Notes under the pieces: model-generated
Database searches by the model: none
Seen by the model: only the letters and a program-made list of their open reading frames with translations
Told to the model about the DNA's origin: nothing
Program-made: the position numbers and the translations under genes
Source: Amoebophrya sp. A120
Lineage: Eukaryota; Protista; Dinoflagellata
DNA: 64,000 bases
Direction of reading: 5' to 3'
Assembly (NCBI GenBank): GCA_905178155.1
Contig: CAJINV010000001.1
Coordinates: 7,741,123-7,805,122 of the forward strand
Shown here: positions 1 to 12,198 of the stretch, piece after piece
How positions within the stretch are numbered: the stretch's first letter is position 1
Layout: each line of letters begins with the position of its first letter

Positions 1-179
1 AGGTCGTAGACGCTGTGACCCCCCACAGCGTCTACGAGGTCAGGTCGTAGACGCTGTAACCCCCCACAGCGTCTACGAGGTCAGGTCGTAGACGCTGTGG
101 CCCCCCACAGCGTCTACGAGCAGAGGTCGTAGACGCTGTGACCCCCCACAGCGTCTACGAGGGTGGGTCGTAGACGCTG
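1..179. repeat. 41-bp tandem repeat with palindromic units (about 4.4 copies; runs off the left edge)
   Basis: Unit AGGTCGTAGACGCTGTGACCCCCCACAGCGTCTACGAGGTC starts at 1, 42, 83, 124 and partially at 165. Each unit holds a 14-bp inverted repeat (TCGTAGACGCTGTG / CACAGCGTCTACGA) around a 6-nt loop. No unique spacers. Confidence 0.95.
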
Positions 180-209
180 AAATGAAGCACTGTGATACCA
201 AATCCGAAA

Positions 210-3200
210 TTAGCGTAAGTAAAAAGCACAAAAACATCTTACCTCATCACACCGGAAGCGTTCTGCCGTGCTTTCTCGCAAACGCCTGACCAGTTCCGCA
301 ATTTCTCGCGACTGCTGCGATTTCTCGTCTGTCAGAGCCTTAATATTGCGCTGCTGCGTGTCGAATTGATTGTTCTTCTCGGTCAGGTCCCGCGTGCGCT
401 GGTCCAGCTCCCGTTGTAACGCCTCACACTTCCGTTGCACCTCGTTGCGCTTCGACTGCGTGTCGGAAAGGTCCGCTTCCAGTTGGATGCTGCGCTCTTG
501 CAACCCACGCTGCTCTTCGTCCAATTCGCACTGTTGGTGAACATTTTCATTTATTTTTGATGCTCTACCACGTCTTCCTCTTCGCTTACAAAGCGCAAAT
601 GCGTGGTACATACGCATGGCAAAATGGCATGAAAACCGGAAGACAACGACAAGCTTGTGTCGAAAATAAGTACCTGAATCTTGTCGATTGCGTCGTACTT
701 TCGTTTCAGAAAAGCCATCTTGTCTTCCAGCTCCAAGACTTTCGCCTCCGCTTCTTTTCGTTTCCGTCGCTCTTCCGCCCCGACCTCTCTCTGCTGGTCC
801 AGCTGCGATTGGATGTTCTCAGCGTGCCCAGAGAGTTCCTGCACCCGCTCCAAGTGCATCTGCACGCGGCCCTCGGTGTCCAACTGCGTTTTGGTCGCGC
901 GCAGCTCGTGCTCACCAACCTGCACCTCTAAGCGGGTGTGGTGACCTTGATGTTATGTGTGGTATTTGCCGTTTTGGAAAAGCAAACGCATATTGCAAGT
1001 TCGAAGGGGGCGTGTCCGATGTGAGACGATGTGGTCGCACAAATTTGGTGACACGTGGGTGATCTGAAGAGATTAGGTAAGTACCTCGTGCTTCCGCAAG
1101 GCTTCGGTGTGTTTGCGCCAGCTCTGACACCAAGTGGTCGTGCTTCTTTTCCAGCTCGAGCTTTTGGTCGCGAAGATTAGACAGGTGCTCTTCCTATCAA
1201 GTGCAAAAATGTCTGGGTCTGGAAGAATTCACGTTTGTCATGCTTGTCTGGCATGACTCTTAAATCTGTCATGCACGTTACCCAAGAGCTCCGTTTTTCT
1301 GTGATGCAGAAGCGCAGTTTGTCATGCAAAATAGGCAACACCTAGGAGCTCAGAAACTTGTCATGCTGGGCCAGCATTTGTAGCCTCATCATGAGACGCC
1401 ACCCAACATCACAAGTTTCCAGACCCAGACATTTTTACTTTTGATACTTCCATGGTTCCGTTGAGGCTTTCGTGGTGCTGCGCGCGCCGCTCGTGTTCTT
1501 TTCGCTCCGTCATTTCGCGCTCGAGATTACCGCGGACTGATTGGAAACAAAAAGAGTGCCATTTAGAAAATCCGCTAGACGTGGGTGACGACCAGAGAAG
1601 TCTGTTCCAAGGATAAAGCAACAAGCAAAAATTACACAGCTTGCATGACGCAAGTTTTTAATACCTTGCTCTGCCTGCAAGCGAAATTCGTCGCGATCGC
1701 GCTCCACCACCGCCAGCTCGCCTTTCAGCTTCGCCAAATCAGTTTTCATGACGTCGAGCTCCTCGCGTGCCTGGCCGTAGTCGTACAGCAGCCGCTGTTC
1801 CACGCCTATTTCGTCTGCGTGCACTGCCAAGGCCCGGTTCAAAATGGACACCTCTTTCGTCAGATTTTCGTTATCCGCTCCCAGTAGCGTGGCTTCCTCC
1901 TGCGCCTCTGCCTCGTGCTTCTGACACAGCTCCAGGTCCTTCTCCAGTTGCTCAATTTTCAGCAGGTTCTTCGATGTCTGTTGCAGCTGGAAAATCCGCG
2001 CCTCCAACTTCCGATTTTGCTGCTGCGCGGTGGTCAGAGAGCTCTCCGTCTCCCGCTGCGCCTGCTTCAACTTTTCGACGGATTGCAGCTGCGTGCCGAG
2101 CTCCTTCTCCAGCCGCATATTCTGCTTCCGCAGCACAACCGTCGCTTCCCTACTTTCCGAAAATTTCGCGTCGCGCCGCTGCAACGCCTCCTCCGCTTTG
2201 TTCAGCTGCGTGTGCAGCCCTTCCACGTGTTTCCCGTGTTGGGCTTTTATCGACTCCACTTTCGTTGCCAGAGAGGTTTCCGCGACGGCAGCGGCCGGAG
2301 GCAGGATCCCCGTGGCCGCGCTCGTCGCGTGGGCAGCTAACCTCGCCACCGAAGACCCCGCTGCTACGCCGCCAGCGACGCTCTTGAACAGTCGGCTGCT
2401 CGCACTCATGGTGCTGGTGTTTAAAAGATTTCCTCTTTGCTGCAAATTGTTGTTCATGTTCATCTGGTTCCCAGAAGTCGGTGCTGAGCTGTTCCGCGTC
2501 GTGACGTTTGACGTGCCCAAGGAGGATGTTCCCAGCAAGCTTCGGTTTTCCACCGCGGCTCTACTGCTGTTCCCAGCGGTCTTCGAGTTAGACGCAGATG
2601 AACTGCTTTCCTTGCTTTCCAAAGTCGCGTGCAATCGAGCCTGGCTCCGGAGGAGACTCGCGCCCCTTGTCGATGGCTTCGCCAGCGGGGCGTTCTTCGC
2701 ACTGCTTGAGGGAGACGCTGGCTCGTAAGTTAACGACGCCGTCCGTCTTCGCCCTGCTCCGAGTTCCAATCGCTCCTGCACATCGTGGTGGTCATCCAAA
2801 AGCTGGCTCAGCTCCGCAGCGTCGAGAATGGACGAGCCCTCGACGTTGAGCAAGGGCGAGGTTGGCTTGTTCGTATTGCCCTGCTGCTCGACAGACTCCT
2901 TACTGTCTCTCTCCGCTGCATGCTCCCCCTCGGAAAGAAGTCGCCCGCGGCCGCCTTGATGATGTGAATGCAGACTCGTCGAACCAAGTAGTAGTTCCTC
3001 ATCTTGATCTGAGGACCCTGCCACCAGCCACGGTTTATTCGTCGCATCATGTTGATGCAACTTCGAGCTCGAACTCGTCACCGTCTGCAAATTTGCGTCA
3101 AAGGACCACAAGTCGTGGCTGTTCCGTAAGACACTGGATTCCGCACTCTTTCGCATCGACTGCGAGGCTAGTGAGCTGTCGTCGTGCTGAAAAGCACCCG

Positions 3201-3336
3201 TACCGAACGTGGGGCTCCGACTGCTACTAGACGACGCGATAACCGGCGGGGCGGGCCGGGATTGTTCTCTACTTCCTTCACTGTAGATGGAAGATTCGCC
3301 GGGTAACGGCGGCGGACCTCCCTTGTTTGGAGACAT
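210..3336 (-). CDS. Multi-exon coiled-coil protein with Ser-rich disordered N-terminus; 3' end probably continues beyond the window
   Basis: ORFs 1510..3342, 1409..1624, 912..1133, 551..925 and 210..617 join through GT-AG introns (~1544-1663, ~945-1083, ~590-673) and one TIR element into a continuous heptad-rich protein. GAG|GTAAG donor near 243. Confidence 0.75.
1195..1446. mobile_element. Introner-like TIR element, class A (252 bp, TSD CTTCC)
   Basis: TATCAAGTGCAAAAATGTCTGGGTCTGGAA...TTCCAGACCCAGACATTTTTACTTTTGATA. CTTCC at 1190-1194 and 1447-1451. Excision gives NGTME|EHLSNLRDQKLE in frame. Confidence 0.93.
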
Positions 3337-3856
3337 GATCAACAGCCACTAGAAGGCCTTTGCTGTTTTATTGAAACTGCTTGGCGTTCGATCTATCTCT
3401 TCCGTATGTATCTAGCACAATAGAAATACTTTGGTGTCTGCGCGACTGTGAAAATGAACTGCGCTCACTGATCAAAACACTCGTCCACCGATATCTCGCT
3501 TTCGCATCCACAAACAGAAGACACTGAACTACAGCAGTGTCTCAGCAATGACTGTTGTCCAGTGTAACTACATTCGCGAAGATTTCGTTTCCAAAATTCC
3601 TCGATAGACTATACTGCTTGATTCATTGATTGCAAAGAGAACAGATCCCGTGCATCAACGGCAGCATGCAGTACTGTCCGTCGAGGCGGGCAGTTTTTCT
3701 TTATGGAAAAAAAAATTCCTCCTGTAGTACTGCTACCACGTGAAGGTAGGAAAATAGCGATATTTGGCAACGTCGTGTCTCAACACACTCTTCAGAACCA
3801 CTCTCCAAAGTCTGCGTTTATTTCTGTAAGCAGCTGCGGTATCCCGTGCCCGCTCG

Positions 3857-5142
3857 CTACCTACGCGTCGACATCTGAGTGAAACGACTTACTGTACTCA
3901 GGCGGCTGCAACTACTGCCAGGTCGGCTTTGCAGATCGGCATTCGGATTGTAGTTCGGAATGTCACCCTTCATTACTTCGGGGAAACCCTTGCAGGCCTG
4001 TTTTTTTTTCGTGTGAGTGCGAAAACGAAAACTGGAGGCCAAAACGAAATGCATTGCTTCTTCCGAACTCACAACAGAAAAGCCCACCTGCTGCTCCAAA
4101 CAGACAGCAAGTACCTCTTCGAAGCCACCGCTGAGCCCGTAGACATTGGTGAATCCCTTTTCGACCAGCGTTGTGGCTATTCTAGCGGTTGCCTTGTCGT
4201 CGGTGTCGTAACTGCAAAGAATTGGCGTTCTTGTTTCGGAAGTGAAACGAAGGCTTCGACGCCAGACACAGACTGCAGTTCGACGCCAGACACGAAATAA
4301 GGATCACAATCAGACTGTGTTACAGTTGTAGAGTGACGTACTAACTTGCTTCAAGAACGAAACCATTATCACAAAAAATAATGATACACGACAAGCCGTT
4401 TTTCTGGTCTTGCCTTGAAGGCGTAGAGCTCCGCGCTGATCTTGTCGTGGCTCAGGAGCTGCTTCGGATAGGATTTCGAGTGCAGAACGTGGCATTTGTC
4501 GTACTCCTCGGGGTCTCGAACGTCAAGGATCAGGAGTGTGTCGGACTTTACCTGTGAATTATCAGAAGATATTTTATTTGACGTCTGCTTCGGAGGAGCA
4601 TGCAAGATCCTGAGTTTTGCAAAGCGAACAACGTCCCGAACATACAAGTAGAAACAAACGACGAATTAATTATACTGGTGTTTCTGCGTCTACGACTACC
4701 GACTGCCCGGGTGGGTACGAAGACCCGGTTGTTGGCGTGGCACCCAGGGGTGTACCCAACGCGTAGACGCTTTCCGCGGCTTGGTAGTGATCTCGAATGT
4801 GCTGCGAAAGCGTTTGCATTCGGACGCGTTTGAAAAGTTCGTCTCTCCTCCGGACGACCAGCCGGTCGCTGTCCTGCTTCGCTGCTTTGCTCACACTATT
4901 GCCCGTGTCAGTCACCCCGCTGACGTAGGAATACCTTTGTATACATAGATCGTTATTTGCTCGTCATTCGCACTAGTTGCAGGTATTGACTTTGAAATTG
5001 TAGTAAATCGTTTGCTTAATACAGGCAAACAAGGCAAGCAAACAAGCACAGAAGTTTCTTTAGTCCATTACTTTAGTCCATGGTTCTTTGGCTTCTTTTC
5101 GAATGCCTTCGTTTGCGGAAGGGTTCCCGACTTCAGCGACAT
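3857..5142 (-). CDS. CEP41: CEP41-like rhodanese-domain centrosomal/ciliary protein (multi-exon)
   Basis: Exon translations YSYVSGVTDTGNSVSK...RRDELFKRVRMQTL, LLILDVRDPEEYDKCHV and YDTDDKATARIATTLVEKGFTNVYGLSGGFEE follow the CEP41 motif order (DTGNS, DELFKR, LLDVR, GF.N...LSGG). Start inferred at ATG 5142. Confidence 0.8.
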
Positions 5143-5680
5143 TTTATTCGCAGGCCAAGGCGGCAAAACTAAACCAGTCGTCAAGTTCTCGTATCAATTC
5201 TGTGAAACAATTTTACATTTTCGAAGTAAGACCCTATGTTGCGCGTACGGTATTCTCGGACGAGATGAATAAACGGAGTAGGCGTGGGCCTGCGGGCCTA
5301 AATTCCGGTGGGTTGGTCGGTTGGTTGGTTGGTTTTGGACAGACGACATTTGACCGAATTTACGAAGTATGGAGACAAATCCCTGCTCGCTCTTGGCGAA
5401 GAGCGGAAAACCATGCACCTGTCGCGAAGACAATAATCTCCTCGAAAAGATTATTGTCTCCGATTATTGTCTCACTCGCCGATACGTAGAGGTTGGAAAT
5501 TGAAAATCGGAGCCCTGCCCTCGGGGGTGGGGCGGCTCCACGGTTTTGAATTTAGAAGACAGCCGCAACGGCATGGAGGGCGAAACACGATAAGGGGGTG
5601 GTCGGGGCGCGCGGCGCACCTGCCTCCCTACCGGGGCTGCAGCCCGCCCCTGCGAGGCAGAGTTCGATGTGTCGACGCAA

Positions 5681-5965
5681 CACAGACACAAATCTGTGTT
5701 GCGCGGGCGCCAATCTGTGTTGCGCGCGCCACAAATCTGTGCTGCGCACAGCTCGCCGCAGACACAAATCTCCGCTGCGCGCAGCACAAATCTGTGTCGC
5801 GTGCAAATCTGTGCTGCGTGTTGCGCACAAATCTGTGTTGCGCGCAGCTCGCCGGAGACACAAATCTGCGTTGCGTGGACGCAAATCTGTGTCGCGCGCA
5901 GCGCAAATCAGTGCTGCGCGCAGCTCGCCGCAGACACAAAGCTGCGTTGCGTGGACGCAATCGGA
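5681..5965. repeat. Minisatellite of ~20-30-bp units, core CACAAATCTGTG(T/C)TGCGCG
   Basis: About 11 imperfect copies, interspersed with CAGCTCGCCG(C/G)AGA spacers, inside the 2.2-kb element. Confidence 0.9.
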
Positions 5966-6214
5966 GCTCCGGGGGGCCTCGCGAGAATTTGCGCGAGATA
6001 GAAAGAGGTCGGGGCTCCAGTGCTGCAGTTTTCCCCAGCCGCGACCTGCGTTTCCTCAACCCAAGCAAAACACATTTGGGAAATAGAGACAAACTCGCGC
6101 AAAATTTGGATCAGCCCCCACTTGGTCATGCCGAGCGGGGGCTTCTTGCGCAACCCCTTGGCTGCGCGAGTCCCTTGCTTGCAAGCCCCCTGCTAATAAA
6201 TTGGGCCCCTGGGG

Positions 6215-7225
6215 AGGTCGGCAGGCGTGGCCACCGGGTGGCGCGCGCCGACCCCTGCCAAGGCAGGTGGGCGGGCAGGGTCGGCAGGCGTGGCCAAAAG
6301 GCAACGCACGCTCGCCCCACCCCCTCCCCCCCCCGCTGGCTTGGCAGGTGGGTTGGTAGGTCGGTAGGCGTGGCCAATAGCCAACACACGCTCGCCCCCC
6401 CCCCACTTGGCAGGTGGGTGGGTAGGAAGGTCGGTAGGCGTAGCCAATAGGCAACGCACGCGCACCCCGCCCCCCCCCCCCACCGGGCAGGTGGGTGGGT
6501 AGGTCGGTAGGCGTGGCCAATAGGCCGCGCACACTCGCCCCACCCCCCCACCTGCCTCCCTGGTGGGTCGGTGGGTTGGTAGGTCGCTCGACAGGCGTGG
6601 CCAATAGGCAGCGCACGCTCGCCCCACCCACCCACCAGACAGGTGGGTGGGTAGGTCGGTAGGCGTGGCCAAGAGGCAACGCACGCTCACCGCCCCCGCC
6701 CACCAGCGAGGTGGGTGGGTAGGTCGGTAGGCGTGGCCAATAGGCAACGCACGCTCGCCCCACCCGCCCACCAGGCTGATGGGTGGGTAGGTCGGTAGGC
6801 GTGGCCAAGGGGCAGCGCACGCTCGCCCCACCCACCCGCCAGCGAGGTGGGTGGGTAGGTCGGTGGGCGTGGCCAATAGGCAGCGCACGCTCGCCGCACC
6901 CACCCACCAGGCTGGTGGGTGGGTAGGTCGGTAGGCGTGGCCAATAGGCAGCGCACGCTCCCTCGCCCCACCCACCCACCCATCAGGCTGGTGGGTTGGT
7001 AGGTCGGTAGGCGTGGCCAAGGGGCAGCGCACGCTCGCCCCACCCACCCACCAGCGAGGTGGGTGGGTAGGTCGGTAGGTGTGGCCAATAGGCAGCGCAC
7101 GCTTGCTCGCCCCACCCACCCACCAGGCTGGTGGGTGGGTAGGTCGGTAGGCGTGGCCAATAGGCAGCGCACGCTCCCTCGCCCCACCCACCCACCAGGT
7201 GGTGGGTAGGTCGGTAGGCGTGACC
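6215..7225. repeat. G/C-run-rich minisatellite of ~60-bp units
   Basis: About 16 copies of GGTGGGTGGGTAGGTCGGTAGGCGTGGCCAATAGGCAGCGCACGCTCGCCCCACCCACCC with variants, inside the 2.2-kb element. Confidence 0.92.
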
Positions 7226-7714
7226 AGTAGGCAGCTGTCTCTGGGTGGAAAGGGATAGGTAGGTAGGTGGGTCGGTGCGATCACGGTACTACAATGAATC
7301 GAAAAGGCGCCACGGTACTACAAAGGCGCCAGGTAGGTGGGTAGGTAGGCAGCTTCAACAGTAATAGTAGACGAATCTCAGAAAAACACAAAACACAATG
7401 CAGCGGGTTCGGTCAAATGTCGTCTGTCCAAAACCAACCAACCAACCGACCAACCCACCGGAATTTAGGCCCGCAGGCCCACGCCTATTGAATAAACGGT
7501 ACTACCCAAGTTCTCAAATCAGGAACCTGTTCTTTCGCAACCCTCAACTTCATCTGTGCGTACAGCAGTTTTGATGCCCAGTTTTCCTTTGCCCTCGAAC
7601 ATGCACTTTGAAGAGGAAAAAAAAGCTTCGCCACTTTTGCAGAAGACGATTTCTTCTTTCTCGCTGCAGTCACGGTACGTTGTACTTAACCTTTTTGCAA
7701 GAAGTGCACTGTGT

Positions 7715-10700
7715 TCATTGAAAAATCTGGAAGCGGAAAGAGTGTTCAGTGGTGTCTGCCTTCGCTTGCAAAAGCATAGTCACATCAACGTCTGCTCCAG
7801 CGGGCTGCAATCCTGCGCGCACAAGGTCCAGCGCGCCGGGATCACATTCCAATGTCCTGAGCACTGCCGCCGCCCGCATGACCGTGCAGGGATTTGGCTT
7901 TTTCTCGCCTCCCAGCGACACCGTTTGGTAGCCTGCGATGACGCCCCACAAGAAATCCACCGGCCCGATCGCGGACGTTCTACTCAGACACGTGAACCCG
8001 TGGGCGCATATGGCGTTCTCAACTGTTACACGATTTGTCATGCAAATTTACGGCCAAGATCGCCGCGATTAAGCTGCTTCACATGACAAATATCCGAAGG
8101 GCTAAACAGCATCCAAATCTGCGCCAAATCTGTAATGCAAAAGACGCAATCTTCCCCCTTTCACTTTCGCCGTTCTTGCATTACAAATTCATGGAACAGA
8201 TGAGAATGTAACATTTGAGAACTCCATAGCGCACTTCTGCGCCTTATGCTTCCGGTTCACCTTTTGCTCCTTGAAAAGCCAGTCGGCAATCGCTTCTTCG
8301 GTGACCATCCGCCCCCTCTCCGGAATCTGTTCGTAGACCGTCAGAGCCTTGTCCCACTGCAGGGGTGTCAAGGGAACCGACTGCCACGTCCTCCACAACA
8401 GCGGCACCACCTGCTGCACGCGGGCACGCTCGCGCAGTTCCGACGTGCGGTAGCCGCGCGCCGTGGCCGCCTCCTGCGTAATCTTCGCGAGTGTCTGCAG
8501 CGGATTCGTGACCACATTCACACTCCGCCCACGTGCGGGCGGCTGGAACTGCCCATGATTCCGGGAGGGGCGGCCGCGGGACGCACTCCGCTCGAGGTGC
8601 GAATTTGTGGTGGAGATCCGCCGGGGGGGCGGCCCGTGGTTGTGACATTGACTGTAGGACTCCGACACCCGCCCGTGCCGCTCTGGCGTGCTCGGCGGCG
8701 GTACATTGTGCAATGGACGCGCGGACGACGAGGAAACGGAGGCCTCCTCTAGAACAGCCTCGTCGTGTAAGTGTACTCCTTCCGCTGCTGGTGTGTTTCT
8801 GGTCTGGTTAATCGGCGTCACAGACGTGAGCAGCATCGGGTCACCAGACCGTTCTGGCTGTGCAGATTGATGTAGTTGGTCTCCTGACAACTCATACTGG
8901 TTGTAGTTGGATGAACTACTTCCTCCGCCGGCGTTATTCAAGGTCGGGGTGTGCTGGTTGGAAACCGGTGCACTGCGCAAGGAAACCTTATCACCCGGTC
9001 GCTTCGAGGAGGAGTTTGCCCCGGCGGGCGGCCGGGACGCGGGAGCGCTGGGAGTCGTCGTTATGGTAGATCCGTGTGCTGCTGGGAAGTGCATCTGTGC
9101 AGCTTTACCGTGCTGGTGTTGCTGTGCCGCGACCTTTTCATGATCTTCGGAGACTTGCTGCAATCCCCCGTCGTGCTGAACTATGTTGTCCGGCTGTGCG
9201 GGATCCGCAACCACTGGCTGCGGTTGCTTCGAGGGCGTGCTGGTATAGTGCGCTGGCGCTTGTTGCGTTTGCAGAGCAGCGGCAGAGGAAGCCGAAGTGG
9301 AAGTAGTCGTTGCTGCCAGAAAGAGAGGGTTTTGAGAGAAATCCCAGCTGGTCAGCGAGTCTAACGCCAAATACGGTGCCCCCTGCTCGTCCGCACGGAC
9401 TGTTGGCTTCATCTCCTTGTCCATTGGGAAAAGAAGTTCCGACATTGCGCTCGCTTCCGTTTTTTTCTCTTGCTCTCCTCCAGTCCTGGAGTTCCGCCTT
9501 GGCGTCAACTCAAACAGCTGCTCGGGCCAACGCGAACCCTGTCTGCGCCGCGCCTTCTCGGATAGCTGCAGCCGATTTATCGCAGTAGAAACTGCGCCAC
9601 GATTAACGTCGCCGCTCCCTGCGCCGCCGTCACTATCTGTGGCTTTGCTTCCCCTGTCGCCATCCGCCTCCAGCAAGTCGCTCAACAGCGCCCACGCCTC
9701 TCTGGGTGCCCGAGTGGCGATGCGCCGGACCCTGATTCGCAGCGTCGTCCGCTTCTCAGATACCAGATGTAGCATCGCGGCCTCACTTTCGACTAGTCCG
9801 CCGACGTCGCAGCAGGAGTTCAAGCTTATTTCTAGCGGTAGAGTCCACGATATCCCGGATTTTGGAAAGGATTTTTCACCGCTCCGGATTATTGCACGAA
9901 CTCGAGGATTTTTCTTCACAAAATCCAGCGCTGTTGTGCTTGATGTAGCACCACTTGTTGAAGCCCCATCCACTGCAGGAAGAGATGAAGTTGTCGAGGC
10001 CATAGAAGCAGATGGATAGAACAGTTCTTGCAAGAGCATTCTTTCCTTGCTGCTTCCTTTTTCCGGATGGGGGAGCACGACAGGTTTTGTAAACGCGTTT
10101 AGTTGCTCCAGCGACTGCAGCGAAGATGAAACTCCGGTCGGCAGACAAAGAAAACCACTCGGAAGCAGGGCCGCAAGACTCATGAACTCGAATGCGCGGT
10201 TCAGCAGGTCGAAGAGACGCCCGCCGAAGGGTTCGCCGAAACGGCGGTCACATTCTTGGCGAAAACCGAGATGCGCGTTCACGTGGCGGTTTTCGTGAAG
10301 GCCACGAAGAAGAATGATATTCTGCGGGTACAGAATCTTCAGCGAGAACAGAAGTGCGAGCTGTGTCGGGTGTTACGTTTCAGAATCCGATATTAAGGGC
10401 TTTAGCCGGTTATGTTTCATCGACTCTACAAACTTACATAGATTGATGAAACAAGGAACATGCACCCTCAGCTGCAAAATTCGAAATCAATGCGACTAAA
10501 AAACTCGTTTACAAATGTGCTATACATAGCTCTAGTACCAGGTCAACTTGATTCGTTCCCCGGTCCACATAGTCGCCGAGAAAAACATACTGCGTGTAAC
10601 TCAAGTCTCCCGACTCCAACTCCGGCACTGGACAGCCGAAGGACTGGAAGAAACTCAGGAGGTCCACCAGCTGGCCGTGCAACCCGCCGAAGATTTTCAC

Positions 10701-12198
10701 GGGTAAATGCTGACCCACCGTCAACACCGTGTCCTCGTGCTGCAAAATCCGCAGCATATGCTGCGTCAGCTCTTCCATCTGGGGCGCTTTCAAGTTCAAA
10801 CAGGGAAAGGTCTTCCTGCTCGCGCTAGTGTAGTGGCTCCAAATCGAAGAGCTGGACGAGGACGAGGACGAGGACTGCGTGGAATTACTAGAATTCCCCT
10901 GGCTCTGCTGGCACCCGGACGGCGAAAACAGCTGTGACACGATGTGCTGCGCGATCGCCTGCGCCTTCACGTGCGGATCCAGCCGCACGGCACCAATTTG
11001 GTTCGCGACATAGGGGAGAACACCATCCGCTGGGTACGGCTTCCTTTGCTCGGATGTTGATACACAACTGGAGTTCTTTGCATCACCTCCCTGCTCGGTC
11101 GTGCTGTTCATCACACAAAGACGTTGTGAGAGGGCTGAATTCATTTTCTCCGAATTTATTCTACTAAAAAGTTCCCGACAGTCGCTCTCGAGCGGCAGCT
11201 GCAACAGAAACGGCTCCCAGCAGTCAAAGTCTAACAGCAAAGACTGGTCCAGAGGGTGTACAATATCCCGGTCGTGCTTACTTCTCCGCGGTTTCAAGAT
11301 CGATCGGTGAAACCGAAACAAGCGCGACGTGCCCCGGAGTTGCTCGCTGTGTATGAACTCGTAGAACTGCTTGAATTGGATGGAAGAGAATTGTAGGCGA
11401 AAATTTCCATGTGGTGTTGCGGACGAGAAACCACTGCTCTCGCTACTTTTCTCCTCCACCACCTTATCCTTTAGCAGCCCGAGCTCTCGCGCTTTCTCAA
11501 GCGCTTGCTTCCTCTTCTTCGCCGATGAAGTTGACGTGCTGGAAGATGATGAAGATGCTGCAGTAGTTACTACTGCCTGCGTCGGTTGTTGCCCAAAGGT
11601 CGTGTCTGCTATGAGTCGGGAAAATTCCCCGAATTCCAGACTGCCCGACCGGTTGAAGTCGTAAAAGTCGAAAATGTAGAAACTCCTCTCGTACCCCGTG
11701 AAGGAGTTCAAAATGTGCACCGTCCCCGGGTCCGCCGCACAGCAGCCAAGGTAAAATTCCTCGAAGGTAAGAAAATCGTCCTTGTCGCGGTCCATGGCGT
11801 GAAAGTAGCGCTCGTAACAGTCCGCGGAACAGGCCTCATACTGCTGCAGAAGCCGACAGAAATTTTCGAGCGAGAGCACCGGCTCGGATAGGGATGTGGA
11901 GGAAGGCGGCTTCTCGGAGAACCTTGAAATTGAATAGGATTTTGTTTGCAATAAAAGATTGATGTTCAAGAGTGATTCTTTGCGATGATGTGGCATTGAT
12001 TGGAAACAACGGAATGGAAACACATTCTAGCACGTTTGATGCAAGGGAAAAATTTTACCTGAGAAACTTCCGGCGCAGCTCTTCCTCCTCAGTCGGGCCG
12101 ACTTTTGCTTCTTCGAAAAAGTTTTGCGCGTTCGAAGATGGGAGCTCAACGGGCGGAGACGGCTTAGCCGCTTCATCCACGCCTGGCTCTACTGCCAT
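7715..12198 (-). CDS. EF-hand-containing PPP-family Ser/Thr phosphatase-like protein, probably a pseudophosphatase (EFPP-like); 3' end uncertain
   Basis: EF-hands DRDKDDFLTFEEF and DFNRSGSLEFGEF. PPP motifs GGLHGQ, FLGDYVDRG, LLRGLHE. GT-AG introns near 11937-12058 and 10371-10537, plus one TIR element at 8009-8228. Confidence 0.8.
8009..8228. mobile_element. Introner-like TIR element, class C (220 bp, TSD GCGCA)
   Basis: Left TATGGCGTTCTCAACTGTTACA vs reverse complement of right end TATGGAGTTCTCAAATGTTACA (20/22). GCGCA at 8004-8008 and 8229-8233. Excision gives AQKCA|HGFTCLSR in frame. Confidence 0.9.

Larger units (their letters stand above)
5277..7489. mobile_element. 2.2-kb non-autonomous TIR transposon (Mutator/foldback-like) filled with minisatellites
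   Basis: 82-bp terminal inverted repeats (5277-5358 vs 7408-7489, one mismatch at position 2). Direct repeat GAATAAACGG at 5267-5276 and 7490-7499. No recognisable transposase ORF inside. Confidence 0.9.

Noticed and set aside
1-179. CRISPR array suggested by palindromic repeats
   Set aside because: Units are contiguous with no unique spacers, there are no cas genes, and the context is eukaryotic.
5464-7284. Long ORFs on both strands (e.g. 5467..6450, 6056..6979, 6193..7284) as genes or a transposase
   Set aside because: They are translations of stop-poor GC-rich minisatellites, open in several frames, with no DDE or other domain motifs.
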